A stretch of 57,495 nt of DNA, the filler included, from Bipalium vagum (Eukaryota): NCBI GenBank assembly GCA_037834085.1. It is 3 parts of 3 records of this genome, joined end to end, with 100 filler letters (N's around TTAATTAATTAA, not from the genome) between each part and the next. Parts side by side here need not be neighbours in the genome. Positions count along the whole stretch, not along the records: positions 37,576 to 57,495 come from JBBMKC010264280.1; 2 more parts are not named here. One strand, written 5' to 3'. Below are positions 54,420 through 57,495 of this stretch, piece by piece. The position numbers and the translations under genes are program-made. The notes below the pieces were generated by a model, which saw only the letters and a program-made list of their open reading frames with translations, did not search any database and was not told the origin of the DNA. Position 1 is the stretch's first letter; every line of letters begins with the position of its first letter.

Positions 54420-55580
54420 CAGATGATTTTACCCATACTTCTTCTAAATTAATAAAAAATCCAGGGTTATCCAATAAGGTATGTAGGATGTTTATTTGAA
54501 ATAAAACACACTTTAATTAACAAAGTCAGATAATTTTTATTTAAAAATAAAGTACAATGCTTGGCAATTATACATGAAAAACAATATCGACCAAATGTTC
54601 ACTACGATTCATTTTGCAGGAAATTATTCTTTTGTCTAAATTTACGATTACTCCGGAACATAATTGTGAGTAAATTTCTCGAATTACCCGCCGAATCTCA
54701 GCTTTGAGTACGTCTATTGTTTGCGGATTATTTGTATAAACCTTCCTTTTTAATTGACCTATATCGCATTTATTTTATAAATAAAAAAATCAATAAATTT
54801 ATTAATCATTTGGCTTATATACTTTATAAACATCCTATATACTTTATTGGATAACCCTGTATTTATATTTTTCTCTCATATATAAATTGTATAAATAATC
54901 AAGTTCATATTTTTCCATAAAACTTGTTAACATTTTAGAATATATTTGATTTTGAAATTTTAAATAAAATTAAAACATTGCATTCTTTCTTAAAGATAAA
55001 TTAAAAAATGATTGAGATAAATATATTATAAAATATTTATTGTCTTCCTCTTGTAAAATACATTTCCATAATATGTTGATTTTTTCCATTTATTACATTA
55101 TCAAAAATAATTAAATTTATTTTAGTTTTATCTAATTTATCTGGAGGTTAAATTTCATTAATTTTATCAGATAATGTAAGTTATATTAGACATGGTCTCC
55201 AGGTAGCATCACCCTCATTTCCTTTTGTTTAATCATAATCAATGGCTTTGCCATTAAGATCGTCATAATTTTTATTGTCTTCAAATTTTTGTTTTATTTT
55301 ACTTTTAAAAATTTCATAAACTTCTTTAGATAATCCATGTTCAAAGGAATCTCATATATTTAAATTCTGATTAAGTAAAAGCAGTTTTAGATAAAATTAT
55401 AAGATTATTGTAATGTATATAGTTTTCTTGTAAAAGCATATTATACTATAAATTTGTTTTTCCTTATCCAGAAGGACCAATAAGTAATATTCTAAAATTT
55501 TTGGTAAATTAGGATGATTAAATTTTATTTCACTATAATAAAGATTTACCATATGTTCTGACAACTTTCTCTTATTCCCC
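54420..55580 (-). pseudogene. Polinton packaging ATPase (A32/FtsK-like) remnant, interrupted by a MITE
   Basis: FRILLIGPSG*GKTNL (Walker A), NLIIFDN (Walker B), YFTRGR, IYLSQSFFNL. Confidence 0.85.
54462..54859. mobile_element. Tc1/mariner-type non-autonomous element, about 400 bp
   Basis: TIRs CAGGGTTATCCAATAAGGTATGTAGGATGTTTAT / ATAAACATCCTATATACTTTATTGGATAACCCTG-ta. Confidence 0.85.
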
Positions 55581-56149
55581 ATTTTTTATAAATTTTTTAA
55601 AATCTTCTTTAATAACAATCATTCTTGTCAAAAAAGACAGAACAAGGATAAATATCCGTAAAAGGAAATAGAAATCGAAAACTCCGTCCATTCGTCCAAC
55701 CTTCTAACGAGATCAGTGAAGGAATCAGTGAACCTTCTACGTTTTACAGTAAATTATTAATTGTCATTTTATTTATTATTCTTTTGAGAATTGCTATTTG
55801 ATTTCAAATTGAACAATTCTAAATCTAATTTGATTACAAGTTAGAAACTATTTAAATTAATTAAGTCGAAGTAATTGGATAGATCCCCAATTACTTTCGA
55901 AATTATCAAACAAATTTTATATTTTTGTTTGTTGTTATTTTTTTGCCTTCTCAACGTCAAGTAGGACGGAGAGGCGCTTTTTACTTTTGAGGGCTCTTGA
56001 GGCTAGGATAGCGAAGAGCATAAATAATATCATTCTGATTTTTCTCCGGGATTTACTAGTAAAATTTCGCTTATTTGTTCAATAAAGATTTAGATAAAAT
56101 TTTTAAACTTATAAAAAATTTTGTTTTTGATTTGACTTAGTGAACTTTT

Positions 56150-56790
56150 TATTCATTTTATTTACGAAGGAATTGAAATTGATTAAAAAAAACCATCGAA
56201 ACATTTAACTCTTGAAATTATTCATACAAAGTTGTTGCAATTATCCTAGTCGATTAAAAATCAAACACATTATTTTTCTAAATCTCAAACCGAACGACAC
56301 ACACTCTAAATCCTTCTGATCAATTTTATAATAAACGAGCCACGTTAAGTTTTGGAAAGATATTTAGAAAGATATTAAACTTAACAATATTCTCATTACA
56401 CAGTTTGAAAAAATTTGATTATCATTAATTGTTATATAATACTCTTCTGGTTTTAATGATTCTAATTCTTTTATACTTTTAAGTTCATTCTCAATATATG
56501 CAGATATATCAGAAATGTCATGTTTCAGCAGTTATCTTTATCTTTCGAGATTTTTTTCATTTTGAATCTGTAATAGATACATCTATTCTATTATTTTTTC
56601 AAGTAATATTGAAAATAGATTAATAAGTTGAAAAATAAATTAAAGCTAAATCATAGTTATAATTTGGATCAAGATTTTGTGGTGTTCCCAACTTAAATGT
56701 TTTATCCGAGTTTTTAGTTTTTACAATAAATGATATTGAAAATTTTTTAAATAAAAGATTTGATATCTTTTGTAAAGATGATTTCATTTT
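56150..56790 (-). pseudogene. Polinton minor capsid (penton-like) remnant
   Basis: PQNLDPNYNYDLALIYFSTY*SIFNIT*KNN resembles the penton N-terminal motif; lies next to the ATPase and MCP on the same strand. Confidence 0.6.
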
Positions 56791-56886
56791 TTAAAAATAA
56801 AACATTTTAATTAGAATCTGGATCAAATTTAACTTTTATTTCTTCACAATAATTATTGGTGATACTCTTTTGCTTTTTTAATTTAA

Positions 56887-57495
56887 AGGGTGTATACGAA
56901 AAAAACTGGTCAGCAAAATACAGCTATCAAATCCACATTTATTTAGCTAAACACAAAATTTATGAATATCCAAAAACGTAATAAGAATATATTTACAAAA
57001 AATTACATATTTTATTATATGGCGGTATTGTATGCAAAAGATCGAAGTTTGGAATTCACACTTCGCATTAGGTTCTGCACATCATTTTGAGTAACCTGAG
57101 GTGATATTTTGACGCATTCCTTTTCAAATTCCTTTTCATTTTTCACGTTTTGTTTTGTTAACAATAATTTCTTTTTCATTATAGCCCAATATTTTTCAAT
57201 TGGTCAGAGTTCCGGACAATTGGGAGGATTAGCACTCTTCGGTACAATGTTGATCCCATTCTCATTGTACCAGTCGATGGCCGATTTTCCATAGTGACAT
57301 GTTGCCAAATCAGACCAAAACACAACTGGAACGTAATGAACAAGTAACATAGGAAGAAGTCGTTTCTGCAAGCACTCCTCAACATAAATAAACATAAACA
57401 TTTGATTCATAGTACCAAAGGTTACAAAAACCCTGCTTTTCAAATCACATTTACAAATTGCTTGCCAAACCAAATATTTTTTTGCGAACTTGTCC
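56887..57495 (-). mobile_element. DD37E (ITmD37E-type) transposon, 3' part
   Basis: VWQAIC..YVEECLQKRLLP..FWSDLATCHY..NPPNCPEL*PIE, with 37 residues between D and E. Confidence 0.85.

Noticed and set aside
1-57495. CRISPR arrays, tRNA, rRNA or spliced-leader RNA genes
   Set aside because: None recognisable by eye; a covariance-model scan would be needed to exclude small RNAs.

Overview
AT-rich, intron-containing animal-like DNA; the taxon cannot be fixed from sequence alone. The window is three scaffolds joined by artificial 100-bp spacers (44N-TTAATTAATTAA-44N at 19742-19841 and 37476-37575). Host genes are the last exon of a PNP/nucleosidase-domain gene, an intact 4-exon secreted C-type lectin, a centrin, the 3' part of a TACC gene and a complete NOG1/GTPBP4. 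Most of the rest is transposon debris (mariner, Tc1, DD37E, pogo, Merlin, MITEs). One Ty3/gypsy element can be delimited fully, with 86-bp LTRs, a PBS and a 5-bp TSD. The main candidate for novelty is in scaffold 3: four intact, intronless paralogues of a 67-74 aa Glu/Val/Thr-rich protein (MTNEVSEIVSEVVENVEVTEVE...) with a conserved TATA promoter. They are interleaved with a decayed Polinton/Maverick (integrase, major capsid, packaging ATPase, minor capsid). All homology calls come from hand translation and motif recognition, not database searches.
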